Of a stretch of 64,000 nucleotides of DNA, positions 22,265 through 32,642 are shown in pieces. The position numbers were made by a program, and so were the translations under genes. Below the pieces are notes generated by a model. That model was not told the DNA's origin. It ran no database searches and saw only the letters and a list, made by a program, of their open reading frames with translations. Source of the stretch: Ignavibacteriota bacterium (lineage in GTDB: Bacteria; Bacteroidota; Ignavibacteria; UBA10030); the NCBI GenBank assembly GCA_963701295.1, contig OY969585.1, positions 3,200,001 to 3,264,000 on the forward strand. Reading direction: 5' to 3'. The stretch's first letter is position 1. Every line of letters begins with the position of its first letter.

Positions 22265-23710
22265 TCACTTGGCTGTTTTGCGTATTTTATCAGCTTCATC
22301 AAGTGCCTTCATCGCTTTTTCAGATTGACCAAGAAGTGCATAAATGGTACCAAGTGTATCCCACACCCGCGCATCTTCTTGCGTCAATTGTGTATGCCAA
22401 TCTTTCCCATCCTTTGAAGCTGCCTCCTGTGCGTTCTTAATTTTTATTTCTGTTACCTTTATCATCCAGGGCAAGGCTTCTTCAAATTTTTTCTTATAGC
22501 TCTTACTTTCATCTCCATTTTCCTGCGCTTCCTTTTTTATCTTGACTCCCCAATTGTAATATGTTGCGCCAAGATCATAAAATGCATCGCTGAAATTAGG
22601 ATCAATCTTCACTGCTTCGTTGAACTCTCCTATCGCCCTATCATAGTCATTGATCATTCTATAGAGAAGGCCGAGGATGTAGTGATTCATCTTACTCCCA
22701 GGATCATTGTCCACAGCAAGTTTAAATGCGCTGGTCGCTTCCGGAATGCGATTGGCTTCATAGTACGCTTGCAGAAGTAAATTCAAGTTTTCATTATCTT
22801 TTGGATTCACTTTCTTGATCTCTTCAAACACGTCCACAGCGCTGTTAAACTGAACTATGGCTTCATTATATTTTGTTGAATCAATTTTCAATTCAATCTT
22901 TTTCTCGATTTTCTTTCCAACGACCTTCTCGCCTTCAACGGTGAGTGTCAATGCATATTGATTGTATTTCCAGTCTTCTCTTTTAGAATTCTTCTTATCC
23001 TTTATTTGGCTGTCAGGTGCTCCAAACATCTGCATCACATCGCTTTTATAACTGCCTTTGTCAATCTCTTTCAAATTCTTTTGAATACGAAGCCCCTCTT
23101 TATTCTCCGATTGAAACTGTTCTTTCTTTGTCAAACCCTGTTGAAGCATGAATCTTCCGACCCGTTTATATGCGTCTACATCATGATCCAATTCCCATAC
23201 TTTCTTCTGACTCAGGATGGCATTCTCCATATCACCCTTTCCTTGATAAGCTTGGGCAAGATAGAAATACGTTAAAGATGTATCCGGCCAGATCCCAACC
23301 GATTTCTTATATTCTTCGATGGCTTTGTCATAATATTGCAGAGAGTCGGCACTACCGCGTTTATTGAAAGCAACACCATCGTTGATATGCTGAGCCCAAG
23401 CTTTATATCGGTAGGCATTGATTTCGGTTGTATAGTTCGGTGAAAGCTTTTCTGCTTCACGAAATGCAGCAGCCATACCATCATAGTCATTCAGTTCCTC
23501 CCCTCGAATCCGGCCTAAGCGGAACCAGGCTTCATGATTTGACGGGTTCTTTTGGACCTCTTTCTCGTAGAGTTTCGCTGCTTCAACATAATTTTTGTTT
23601 TGTTCCTGCACTTTCGCCCCGGTGAATTCCGGAGATGAGCATTGAAATCCTTGTATTATAAATCCCGCTAAGAGCAACACTAAAACAAAATGGCAGAAAT
23701 TATTTTTCAT
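22265..23710 (-). CDS. TPR lipoprotein with an inserted SmpA/OmlA(BamE)-like domain
   Basis: Lipobox-like GFQC, multiple TPRs, internal IDKGSYKSDVMQMFGAPD...EDWKY. Confidence 0.75.
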   Translation of the reverse strand: MKNNFCHFVLVLLLAGFIIQGFQCSSPEFTGAKVQEQNKNYVEAAKLYEKEVQKNPSNHEAWFRLGRIRGEELNDYDGMAAAFREAEKLSPNYTTEINAYRYKAWAQHINDGVAFNKRGSADSLQYYDKAIEEYKKSVGIWPDTSLTYFYLAQAYQGKGDMENAILSQKKVWELDHDVDAYKRVGRFMLQQGLTKKEQFQSENKEGLRIQKNLKEIDKGSYKSDVMQMFGAPDSQIKDKKNSKREDWKYNQYALTLTVEGEKVVGKKIEKKIELKIDSTKYNEAIVQFNSAVDVFEEIKKVNPKDNENLNLLLQAYYEANRIPEATSAFKLAVDNDPGSKMNHYILGLLYRMINDYDRAIGEFNEAVKIDPNFSDAFYDLGATYYNWGVKIKKEAQENGDESKSYKKKFEEALPWMIKVTEIKIKNAQEAASKDGKDWHTQLTQEDARVWDTLGTIYALLGQSEKAMKALDEADKIRKTAK

Positions 23711-23919
23711 GGATAGGTTCCTTCATTGTGGTCTTAGATAATTAGATACGAATGAAAATATACCAAAAGGTGCTGGCAGAAGCAAGATGAAATTCGAGAT
23801 GGAGTACCGCAATAATAAGGTAGATGAGAAATGCAGCCCGTAAACTGTTGAGATGCTTGAAATAGGTACAAAAATCCCAACCAACTAAGTGAGGCAATAA
23901 GTAAGACACATATACCGTT

Positions 23920-25218
23920 TCATTCCTGCGATTGCTGTATAGGACCTTCAGAAGCAGTGTCTCTCCACACGCGTACTTGAATGGAATGATTCGGTGTTGC
24001 AGTCTGAAGAACCTGCTTCCGAAGACGGGGTTGAATTATAACACGCATTTGTTGTTGTTCTATTTCCTCAGCTGGAAGGTTAATATCAACACTGAAAAAT
24101 TCTTCGTTTCCAAAAGATTGAACCAGTTGTGGCCATGAAACATTTCTTGGCGCATGCTGAAATTCCCTTGCTATCATCCTTTTCAATATTGCTTTGCGGC
24201 GAAGTTCAAACATAACAATGTTTTCCTCCATGTGTCTACGAAGGCTGTCGAAATCGATATGTAGTTGCGAATACATCATAGTATCCGGTGTAATAATAAC
24301 AAACCGATTATTCCTTGGAGATTGTGGAATATTCTGGAAAATACAATCTCCTTTTCCCGCCGGAACACTTTGAGCTGTAATTGTGTATGGTGCATCATTG
24401 GCTTCCAGCAAGCGCTCAAATTGGACCCGTTGATTCGGTTCTAAGCACGCAGCAATATTTGTTACCATCATCCTATTTAAATTTGGCAAGTCAGGCGCTA
24501 TCGCCATTGTATTGTTCTCACCGATCAATACAGACGATTCTATACGCCTGCCGGTCAATTCCAATAAAGAATCGATCAAATGTTTTTGTACGCTGGTTGG
24601 CTTCACTTCGGCAAGGAAGTGATTAAACGTCACAGATTTTGTCTTGTTCTTCGAATCTTTCCCAACTTCTATACGATATCCTTTCTTTGATTGTTCGTCC
24701 ACACGCAACTCCGTTTTCGATTTATTATCAAGAGCGAGCGTACCAAAAAGTGAAAATTGCAATGCCCGATCTTTGTCCACCTTGGAAAAGAGAGGCAACA
24801 GCTGTCCTTGCAGTACATTCTTTTCGTACACCTCTCGAACCGCTTGCGACTTTTGAGAGAAATATTGGATAAACTGCTTCCGGTTTTGAATAACTAGTGT
24901 TCCGACGACAACGACCACAGTAGCAGCCATTATAGTCATTGCAGGAACAAATTTGCGAGGGAATGGCAGGAGACTATGCTCATCCTTCTTCTGTTCCTCA
25001 AGAGCAACAGCAAAACGAGTCCAGAATCCGATATCGGGTGTCAGCTTCTGTTTTGATGCTAACAGGTACTTTAATCGTTTCAACTCTTTCACTCGTTGTT
25101 GAGCTAATGTATCCAGTGCCAAGAAGGATTCTACCTTCCGAACTTCAATTTCTGAAAGCCTGCCATCGACATATTGCGAGAGCAAGTGATCCATCTGTTG
25201 TTTATTCATTTTTTTCAT
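23920..25218 (-). CDS. Putative transmembrane anti-sigma factor
   Basis: LLSQYVDGRLS anti-sigma-like N-terminus lacking HxxxCxxC, one TM segment, directly downstream of an ECF sigma. Confidence 0.7.
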   Translation of the reverse strand: MKKMNKQQMDHLLSQYVDGRLSEIEVRKVESFLALDTLAQQRVKELKRLKYLLASKQKLTPDIGFWTRFAVALEEQKKDEHSLLPFPRKFVPAMTIMAATVVVVVGTLVIQNRKQFIQYFSQKSQAVREVYEKNVLQGQLLPLFSKVDKDRALQFSLFGTLALDNKSKTELRVDEQSKKGYRIEVGKDSKNKTKSVTFNHFLAEVKPTSVQKHLIDSLLELTGRRIESSVLIGENNTMAIAPDLPNLNRMMVTNIAACLEPNQRVQFERLLEANDAPYTITAQSVPAGKGDCIFQNIPQSPRNNRFVIITPDTMMYSQLHIDFDSLRRHMEENIVMFELRRKAILKRMIAREFQHAPRNVSWPQLVQSFGNEEFFSVDINLPAEEIEQQQMRVIIQPRLRKQVLQTATPNHSIQVRVWRDTASEGPIQQSQE

Positions 25219-25220
25219 GC

Positions 25221-25937
25221 CTACACCTCCTCCAATAACGGTTTCAATACTTTTCGCAGCATTGACCGTGCTCGGGAGATTCTCGATTTTACGGTGCCAA
25301 GTTCACATTGCATTACTTCAGCAATCTCTTCATACGAAAGTCCATCAATATCCTTCAACACCACTGCTGTCCTGAATTTCTCCGGTAAGGATTGTAATCC
25401 AAGAGCAACTAATTCCTGTGTATCCCTGTCCTCCGGTGGCACGGAGAGACGCACATTCAATTCCTTCTCGATTCCTTCATCAAGTGTCTGAAATGAAAAA
25501 AACCGGCGTAATTTTTTCTTCCTCAGTTCATCTCGACTTTTATTCACTGCGATCCGGTAGAGCCATGTATAAAACGATGCTTCAAATCTAAAACGAGGCA
25601 ATGCTTGGTATGCTTTGATGAATACTTCCTGCGCAAGATCGTCGATAAAATCGCGATCATGAAAGATAGAAAAGAGCAAATTTCGAATTCGTTCCTGATG
25701 TCGCTCAACAAGGAAACGGTACACATCATGGTCACCACTCTGGAATGCGGTGATCAATGCTTCATCGCTCATTTTGCTGAGAACGTCGACGCTCAATTTT
25801 GAGAAAATCTGATCGTTTGTCATTAAGCTCGCATCATTGGTTTTTGTGAATGAAGGTACAAAACTTCTCGCACGAACTCCAATTTGATACGGCTTATCCT
25901 TTGACGACCATTCTGCACCCGGCAGTGATAGGGCCAT
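25221..25937 (-). CDS. ECF RNA polymerase sigma factor
   Basis: DLAQEVFIKAY, FYTWLYRIAVN, LSYEEIAE, GTVKSRISRAR; AGGAG SD before ATG 25937. Confidence 0.93.
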   Translation of the reverse strand: MALSLPGAEWSSKDKPYQIGVRARSFVPSFTKTNDASLMTNDQIFSKLSVDVLSKMSDEALITAFQSGDHDVYRFLVERHQERIRNLLFSIFHDRDFIDDLAQEVFIKAYQALPRFRFEASFYTWLYRIAVNKSRDELRKKKLRRFFSFQTLDEGIEKELNVRLSVPPEDRDTQELVALGLQSLPEKFRTAVVLKDIDGLSYEEIAEVMQCELGTVKSRISRARSMLRKVLKPLLEEV

Positions 25938-26032
25938 GCTCACTCCTGATTCATTTGAATTCATACTTCCTGCCCTGTGTAGCAATTGAATATCTAGATC
26001 ACCTATTATATTGAATATATTAATTCGATTAA

Positions 26033-26061
26033 TTAGACGAAGGATAGAAAGCTATGGTTCC
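26033..26061 (-). promoter_or_regulatory. ECF-type (probably autoregulatory) promoter
   Basis: GGAAC-N17-CGTCTAA about 100 nt upstream of the ECF sigma start. Confidence 0.7.
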
Positions 26062-26125
26062 GGCAGACCAATGAAATGTAGCCTTTTTTTTAGTATGGAG
26101 TATCTTGGAAAAGGATGAAAATGGT

Positions 26126-27427
26126 TCAGAGCGTGATTTCTTGAAGTCTTGATGCCTGGACACGCTGCTCAAATTCTTCTCGGAAGTTGCGGATCATCGA
26201 TTGTACAGGCCAAGCTGCAGCATCGCCTAATGCACAAATAGTGTTGCCTTCGATATTGTTTGCCACATCCAGCAGCAGATCAATATCTTCCCTCTTCGCT
26301 TCGTACTTCTGGAAGCGATTTAATATCTTGAACATCCAGTCCGTACCTTCACGGCATGGTGTACATTGCCCGCAGGATTCGCGATAGTAGAATTGTGTTA
26401 TGCGCGTGATGACTTGGATAAGGTCGGTGTCTTCATCCATCACAATAATTCCCGCTGTTCCTACGGAAGAACCTGCAGCCTTCAGCGAGTCTGCGTCCAT
26501 CCGAATGCCTTCAAGCTGATCACCGCGCAAAATCATCGTCGATGAACCTCCAGGGATAACCGCTTTGATTCCTTTGTCGCCGGGAACACCACTGGCCCAT
26601 TTATAAATAATTTCAAGCAGCGGTTCGCCTGTCGGCATTTCAAACACCCCCGGATTATTTACATGTCCGCTGACACCCACGAGAATCGGTCCAGGATGTT
26701 TTGCTGAGCCAATCTTGGAATACCACTCCCATCCATAACTGATGATGACAGGGATATTTGAAATTGTCTCGACATTATTGATGGTCGTAGGACACCCCCA
26801 CAAACCTACCTGCGCCGGGAACGGCGGTTTCACTCGCGGATAGCCGCGCTCTCCTTCGATGGAGTTCATGAGCGATGATTCTTCACCGCAGATGTATGCA
26901 CCGGCTCCTCGGTGGATGTACACTTGAGCAGAAAATTCCGTTCCAAGAATTTTATTGCCGATAAGTCCATTTGCGTACGCATCGTTAATCGCCTTCTGCA
27001 GCATCTTGATCCACTTACCATATTCGCCCCGGATATAAATATATGCTGCTGTTATACCCATAGCATAGCAAGCGATGAGCGTTCCTTCGATGAGCAGATG
27101 CGGATTACATTCAAAGATCTGACGGTCTTTGAACGTACCGGGTTCGGATTCATCCCCATTGACGCACAAATATTTCGGCTTATTGGAATTCTTCGGCATG
27201 AATGACCATTTCAGTCCTGTCGGAAAGCACGCACCACCCCTACCGCGCAGATTGGACTTTTTTACCTCATCGATTACTTCTTCCGGTTTCATTTCCAAAG
27301 CCTTTTTCAAAGCTTTGTAACCATCATGAGCGAGATAGTGATCAATCTTGAAGAGATCACGATCATCCGGAATGATTATACGTTTCCATGCATTCAATTG
27401 TTCAGTATCGGCAGGGTAAATATTCAT
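26126..27427 (-). CDS. nuoF: NADH-quinone oxidoreductase subunit F
   Basis: LRGRGGA, NGDESEPGTFKDR, GAYICGEE, ESCGQCTPCREG. Confidence 0.96.
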   Translation of the reverse strand: MNIYPADTEQLNAWKRIIIPDDRDLFKIDHYLAHDGYKALKKALEMKPEEVIDEVKKSNLRGRGGACFPTGLKWSFMPKNSNKPKYLCVNGDESEPGTFKDRQIFECNPHLLIEGTLIACYAMGITAAYIYIRGEYGKWIKMLQKAINDAYANGLIGNKILGTEFSAQVYIHRGAGAYICGEESSLMNSIEGERGYPRVKPPFPAQVGLWGCPTTINNVETISNIPVIISYGWEWYSKIGSAKHPGPILVGVSGHVNNPGVFEMPTGEPLLEIIYKWASGVPGDKGIKAVIPGGSSTMILRGDQLEGIRMDADSLKAAGSSVGTAGIIVMDEDTDLIQVITRITQFYYRESCGQCTPCREGTDWMFKILNRFQKYEAKREDIDLLLDVANNIEGNTICALGDAAAWPVQSMIRNFREEFEQRVQASRLQEITL

Positions 27428-27894
27428 TTTATAGTATCGATGAGTTTGTCAATTTTTTCGATCGTGAGATTTTCGTAATACTCATCGCCTATAGCCAACA
27501 TTGGAGCGGTTGCGCATGAACCCATACATTCTGCTTCCGAGAGTGTCCATTTCTTGTCTGATGATGTCTCGCCAGGTTTAATACCGAGACGCTGTTCAAT
27601 GTGTTCAAGAATTTTTCTCGAACCGCGCAGCATGCATGAAACATTCGTGCATACTTCAATATGATATTTGCCGATCCGGTTTTTTTGCAGCAAGGTGTAA
27701 AACGATACGACACCGAGAATATGACCAAATGGAATACGAAGCAATGAAGCTACATATCTCATGGAATCTTCGGAAATGTATCCCTCTTGTTCTTGCACCA
27801 TCCAGAGTACTGGCAGCATCAACGCTTGCGATGTTGGATAGCGCTTCCGAAGTTCCTCAACTTCTTTTAGATTCTCTTCATTTAACATGTTCAA
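27424..27894 (-). CDS. nuoE: NADH-quinone oxidoreductase subunit E
   Basis: VSFY, CTNVSCMLRG, ECMGSCATAP. Confidence 0.95.
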   Translation of the reverse strand: MNMLNEENLKEVEELRKRYPTSQALMLPVLWMVQEQEGYISEDSMRYVASLLRIPFGHILGVVSFYTLLQKNRIGKYHIEVCTNVSCMLRGSRKILEHIEQRLGIKPGETSSDKKWTLSEAECMGSCATAPMLAIGDEYYENLTIEKIDKLIDTIK

Positions 27895-27976
27895 TGTGAT
27901 TATGTTCGAAAATAAATATAAAATTATGCGCTATTAGTTTTCTCAATCGATAATCGAGAATTGTAAATCGTAAATT

Positions 27977-29233
27977 CTACTTATCCGCTTCTCCCATGAC
28001 CGGATCCAGACTACCGATGACTGCCACGACATCTGAAATCATTGCACCCTTAATCATCACAGAAATTGATTGCAGGTTCACAAAGGATGGTGAACGTATC
28101 TTCATCCGCCATGGCTGACCTTCACCATTACTATAAATATAGAAACCGAGTTCTCCTTTCGGAGCTTCGACAGCGTGATACACCTCGCCTTTAGGAGGTT
28201 CTACACCGAAATTGACGAGCATGAAGTCATGAATAAGTTCTTCCATTTTTGTGTACACTTGTTGTTTACCAGGAAGCACTTTCTTTGGTTGAACTGCTTT
28301 CACATCTCCTGCAGGCATTTTTTCTAACACCTGACGAACAATCTTAATGCTTTCTTTTATTTCAGCCATCCGGACGTAATAGCGAGCCAAGCAATCACCG
28401 CCCACATAGACGGGAATGTTGAAGTCAAAATCGCTATAAACTAAATATGGATTTGCCCTGCGAAGGTCAAGTTCAACACCACAGGCGCGGAGACACGGAC
28501 CGGTCAAACCAAGATCAATCGCTTGTTCTTTAGAAATGCGACCAACACCGTCGACACGTCCAAGAAAAATATGATTCGTGTTAAGAAGCTTCTCGCACTC
28601 TCGTATTTTCTCCGGAAGTATATTAATGAACAGCCGAATGATGCCGAATGTTTCCGATGTAACATCTTGCGCAAGTCCGCCAATGCGTGTGTAACTTGTC
28701 GTAAAGCGAGCACCTGCAATTTTTTCAAAGATGTCGTATAATTTTTCACGTTCCCGGAATGACCACATCCACACAGTAAGAGCGCCAACATCCATTGCAA
28801 GCGAACCAAGAAACATAAGATGAGAAGAAATGCGGGCAAGCTCAGAGATAAGCGTACGAATATACTGCGCTCGAGGCGGAGCTTCGATGCCAAGCAATTT
28901 TTCAACAGCAAGGACATAGGCTGTATTGTTCGAAAGCGGAGAGAGATAATCAAGACGGTCTGTGTGAGGGATAAACTCATGGAAACTGCAATTCTCCGCC
29001 AGCTTCTCGTATCCGCGATGCAAATACCCGAGTTCCGGAACAGACGCAAGTACCGTTTCACCATCGAGCTTGATAAGCAATCTCAATACACCATGTGTTG
29101 CAGGATGCTGCGGACCCATGTTTAAGATCATCTCGCTCTCAAGCGGATCGTTGAACGAAACACTGGTATGTTCGTTCTCAAGTGCTTCGAGAATCTTTGT
29201 CTTTCTAACTATGGTTTCCGGTTTTTGTTCCAT
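27977..29233 (-). CDS. nuoD: NADH-quinone oxidoreductase subunit D
   Basis: NMGPQHPATHGVLRL, GYLHRG, DRLDY, EAPKGELG. Confidence 0.97.
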   Translation of the reverse strand: MEQKPETIVRKTKILEALENEHTSVSFNDPLESEMILNMGPQHPATHGVLRLLIKLDGETVLASVPELGYLHRGYEKLAENCSFHEFIPHTDRLDYLSPLSNNTAYVLAVEKLLGIEAPPRAQYIRTLISELARISSHLMFLGSLAMDVGALTVWMWSFREREKLYDIFEKIAGARFTTSYTRIGGLAQDVTSETFGIIRLFINILPEKIRECEKLLNTNHIFLGRVDGVGRISKEQAIDLGLTGPCLRACGVELDLRRANPYLVYSDFDFNIPVYVGGDCLARYYVRMAEIKESIKIVRQVLEKMPAGDVKAVQPKKVLPGKQQVYTKMEELIHDFMLVNFGVEPPKGEVYHAVEAPKGELGFYIYSNGEGQPWRMKIRSPSFVNLQSISVMIKGAMISDVVAVIGSLDPVMGEADK

Positions 29234-29234
29234 C

Positions 29235-29726
29235 TCACTTCTTCGGCAAATCTAAAGATCCGGGAATTCCCATCAACGGAAAATCTTTTCGAAGCGGATG
29301 ATATTCAAATTCATCCGGCATGTATATTCTTCGGAGATCAGGATGTCCTTCAAAAAAAATACCAAACATATCGTACGTCTCGCGTTCGTGCCAGTTGGCA
29401 GTTCTCCATACACCTGTCACAGTAGGCACTTTGGGATGCTCTTCTTCGGTAAATGTTTTCAGCCGAATGCGGTGTTTGGTTTTCAGCGAATAGAGATTGT
29501 AGATAACACCAAATCTGTTTTCCGGAGTGTACATATCGATACCGCAAAGATCAGCAAGCAGGTTGAATGACAGTTCTTCATCCTCTTTCAAGAATCGGCA
29601 GACTTCTACGATACGCTCTTTGGGGATAACAATGGTCAACTCGCCGCGAAATTCGTTTACCTCTAAAACAGCATCGCTATACTTTGCTTGAAGTTTCTCG
29701 AGAACTTTTTCGTTCATTGCTTCCAT
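29235..29726 (-). CDS. nuoC: NADH-quinone oxidoreductase subunit C
   Basis: ANWHERETYDMFGI, HPLRKDFPL; start placed downstream of the intergenic palindrome. Confidence 0.93.
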   Translation of the reverse strand: MEAMNEKVLEKLQAKYSDAVLEVNEFRGELTIVIPKERIVEVCRFLKEDEELSFNLLADLCGIDMYTPENRFGVIYNLYSLKTKHRIRLKTFTEEEHPKVPTVTGVWRTANWHERETYDMFGIFFEGHPDLRRIYMPDEFEYHPLRKDFPLMGIPGSLDLPKK

Positions 29727-29742
29727 AGAAGAACCGTTGCTC

Positions 29743-29841
29743 CACCACCCCCCCAAAAATATATCTGCGTAGCTATTGTAATTCCACTTCGCGGATTTCT
29801 TTATACGCTCCTCCTCCACGAGGAAGGGATAAAGGGGTGAG
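29743..29841. repeat. Degenerate C-rich/G-rich palindromic element between nuoB and nuoC
   Basis: CACCACCCCCCC...CTCCTCCTC-CAC-GAGGAAGGG..AGGGGTG. Confidence 0.4.
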
Positions 29842-29881
29842 TGCTTTATTCTTTAAAACTATTCATAATTTGTACCATCAG

Positions 29882-30412
29882 TTATCCAGCGATTTTTGAT
29901 TGAGGAGACCCATGAAAATCTCCAATATATGCTGGCGCCGTTCCCTTACATTCACCTCGCTGTACTTTCTGTTGAAGCAGCATGAGTCCGTTTAATAAAT
30001 TATCCGGCCGCGGCGGGCAGCCGGCAACATACACATCTACTGGAAGAAACTGATCAATCCCCTGCACTACAGAGTAAGTTCGATACATTCCGCCGGAAGA
30101 TGTGCATGCACCCATAGCAATGACCCATTTCGGTTCAGGCATTTGATCATAAATCTTACGCACGACTTTTGCCATCTTGAATGTTGTCGTTCCTGCAACG
30201 ATAATTACATCGCATTGACGCGGCGTAAAACGCATTACTTCCGAGCCGAACCGCGCGATATCGAACCGCGGTCCTGCTGCTGCCATCATCTCTATAGCAC
30301 AACACGAAATTCCCATCGGCATCGGGTAAAGAGAATTCTTGCGGCACCAATTGATAATATCTTCAAGCTTGGTTGCAATATATCCGTCACCCATCCAGCT
30401 CTCTAATCCCAT
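29882..30412 (-). CDS. nuoB: NADH-quinone oxidoreductase subunit B
   Basis: [31 protein letters not shown]. Confidence 0.97.
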   Translation of the reverse strand: MGLESWMGDGYIATKLEDIINWCRKNSLYPMPMGISCCAIEMMAAAGPRFDIARFGSEVMRFTPRQCDVIIVAGTTTFKMAKVVRKIYDQMPEPKWVIAMGACTSSGGMYRTYSVVQGIDQFLPVDVYVAGCPPRPDNLLNGLMLLQQKVQRGECKGTAPAYIGDFHGSPQSKIAG

Positions 30413-30759
30413 TCCAATGCTCCTTTCCTCCAGATGTAATAAAAACCGACGAGGAGGATAAAGATAAAGATGAACATCACCACAAATCCTTGCACTCCGA
30501 GTTGTTTATATACAACCGCCCACGGATACATAAAGACAATTTCAATATCAAAAACGATAAAGAGCATAGCGACTAAATAGTATTTCACGGAGAACCGTTC
30601 GCGTGCTGTCCGAACAGGCTCCATTCCGCTCTCATAGGTACTCGTCTTTTCATCGGTCGGGCGCCGCGGCCCGAATAATTCATTCGCTTTGCCCATAAAG
30701 ACGCCAAATGCAATGGCACATCCGATCATCAGAAATATGGGAATATAACCTTCGATCAT
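30403..30759 (-). CDS. nuoA: NADH-quinone oxidoreductase subunit A
   Basis: YESG, FIVFDIE, YPWA, KGALEW. Confidence 0.96.
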   Translation of the reverse strand: MIEGYIPIFLMIGCAIAFGVFMGKANELFGPRRPTDEKTSTYESGMEPVRTARERFSVKYYLVAMLFIVFDIEIVFMYPWAVVYKQLGVQGFVVMFIFIFILLVGFYYIWRKGALEWD

Positions 30760-30895
30760 TTATTCTTTTCGAGAGTTGTGTTGAAAAATTTTATACATAA
30801 ATTGCCTGAAATACAAATTCTCCCTTCTAGTGGAAACACATCATGAATAAAAGAAATTCCCAAAGAAAGCTGGTACTAGATAGAAAAGTATTGAA

Positions 30896-32641
30896 TTATT
30901 TCATCTGAATCCTTACACCTTCGAGCGGCCAGCGAGCGCGGACTTTGAGTGTATCGGAAAGTGGACTGAGCCGTTCTGAAAAAATGAAAGGAAACGGTTC
31001 CCCTGGATCGTAGATACCGTTCTTGTTCCGATCCCGGAACGCTTGAAACACATAGTGCCCCTCCGCAACGATTGGAAAAATAAATTTGCCAGTTGCATCA
31101 GCAGGCTCAATGTAGTAGTTGGGATTTTTTCCTCCTATTTGAAATGCAGTCACATACAGACGTCCTACAGTGTCTGTAGTGTTCAAATCAACGACTATTC
31201 CTTCAACACTGCTCATGTCTTCGATATCGAGCGTTTCAAAACGCCATACCTTTGTCGAATCTTTGCACGTGCTATCTCTCCAATCATATACTTTTCGCAG
31301 CTCAGCACGAAGTGAGTACCATGCCTTATTGAGCAGTTTCTGTTCTGGCTGAATAGAAATCAAAACATCGCTCAACCGTTTTTTCTCAACTGCAACCTGT
31401 TGTTTGTTATTATCAAGAATAGTTACAAAATCAAGAGAAGTCGTCTTTGCAAGAGCATCGGAAAATGTAAGAGTCAAGACAGGTCGAAAATCAATGTTTT
31501 GCGTACTATCCTTGATCGAGACTGCAACTAATCGTGTGCCAATGGTAGCCGCCTTCGGTGAACCTTGAAATGCCAATGAATTTGCTAATGGATTAATCTT
31601 GTTGCCAACTGAATCTGTTACATTTTGAACATGGATAAAATATGTCTTTGCAGAATCTTGTTTCTGAGTTACTACGATAGTTGATTTCGGTGTCGAAGGA
31701 TCAGGATATACGGCTATAAGTTCAAGCGGCTTTCGATTCACAGTATCTACGACAATGAATGAAGGAAGAGTGATTGATGAAGGACGTAATGATTCAGAAA
31801 ATTCTGCGATGACATGATTTCTATCTTGAGCGGATACTTTGACAAGCCGTGGACCCGATGTATCTTCTTTTGCAAGCTGCATCAAGATACCTGATGCGAG
31901 CGTATCACTTTGTGAAATATGTATAATGCTCGATGGCACGCCGTACTCATCCACCTCTCGATCATACACTAAATTTCGATACTCATCGCGTATTGCAAAG
32001 ATCCGATAACTCCCAAAAGGAATATGATGGAGAAAAAAGTCTCCGCTTTTACCAGTCTGTGTAATAAAATCCGGTTTTGCTGTCATAGGTTTCAACGTGT
32101 CGGGATTCAACCCTTCCAGCTGGTACGCAAAAATCATGACACCAGCCGCTGCGTCTCCCTTTTTCATTGGAAAAACAATTCCCTCTAATCCTCCGCGGTC
32201 AATATCTGGTCCGGTTGAAAAAGCCAGTGTGTACGCCTTAGCCATGTGCGCTTGTCCGCGAAAACGATCTCTGACATCCGTTCCGATATTTACAACGTAC
32301 GTCGTATTACGACGAAGCTTTTCTGAAAATGCAATTTCTACTTCGGTACCACTCCAGTTGAATTCCAATGTCCCAATATACGGCGAGATAAAAATGGATT
32401 CTTCGAGTGTTCGTTCTTCGACATATCGGTCGAATTCTAATCTTAATTTATTGTCGTTGAAATTCAGCTTGTTGCTATCCGGATATGTCGAAATGATTAC
32501 TGGAGCAGTCATATCTACCGGCCCGCCCTCTGGTGGTTGCTGGTTTGCACATCCTAAAAGCATGACGACAGAAATAAAAAAAATGCTAAATAAAAAAATG
32601 TTGGGATATTTCATACAATGGTACAGTTCCATGGCTTTCAA
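30896..32641 (-). CDS. Ig-like (Big_5) domain lipoprotein
   Basis: LLGCANQQPPEGGPVD, LRRNTTYVV, AFSTG, DRNKNGIYD; true start probably a few codons downstream. Confidence 0.8.
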   Translation of the reverse strand: MKAMELYHCMKYPNIFLFSIFFISVVMLLGCANQQPPEGGPVDMTAPVIISTYPDSNKLNFNDNKLRLEFDRYVEERTLEESIFISPYIGTLEFNWSGTEVEIAFSEKLRRNTTYVVNIGTDVRDRFRGQAHMAKAYTLAFSTGPDIDRGGLEGIVFPMKKGDAAAGVMIFAYQLEGLNPDTLKPMTAKPDFITQTGKSGDFFLHHIPFGSYRIFAIRDEYRNLVYDREVDEYGVPSSIIHISQSDTLASGILMQLAKEDTSGPRLVKVSAQDRNHVIAEFSESLRPSSITLPSFIVVDTVNRKPLELIAVYPDPSTPKSTIVVTQKQDSAKTYFIHVQNVTDSVGNKINPLANSLAFQGSPKAATIGTRLVAVSIKDSTQNIDFRPVLTLTFSDALAKTTSLDFVTILDNNKQQVAVEKKRLSDVLISIQPEQKLLNKAWYSLRAELRKVYDWRDSTCKDSTKVWRFETLDIEDMSSVEGIVVDLNTTDTVGRLYVTAFQIGGKNPNYYIEPADATGKFIFPIVAEGHYVFQAFRDRNKNGIYDPGEPFPFIFSERLSPLSDTLKVRARWPLEGVRIQMK

Positions 32642-32642
32642 A

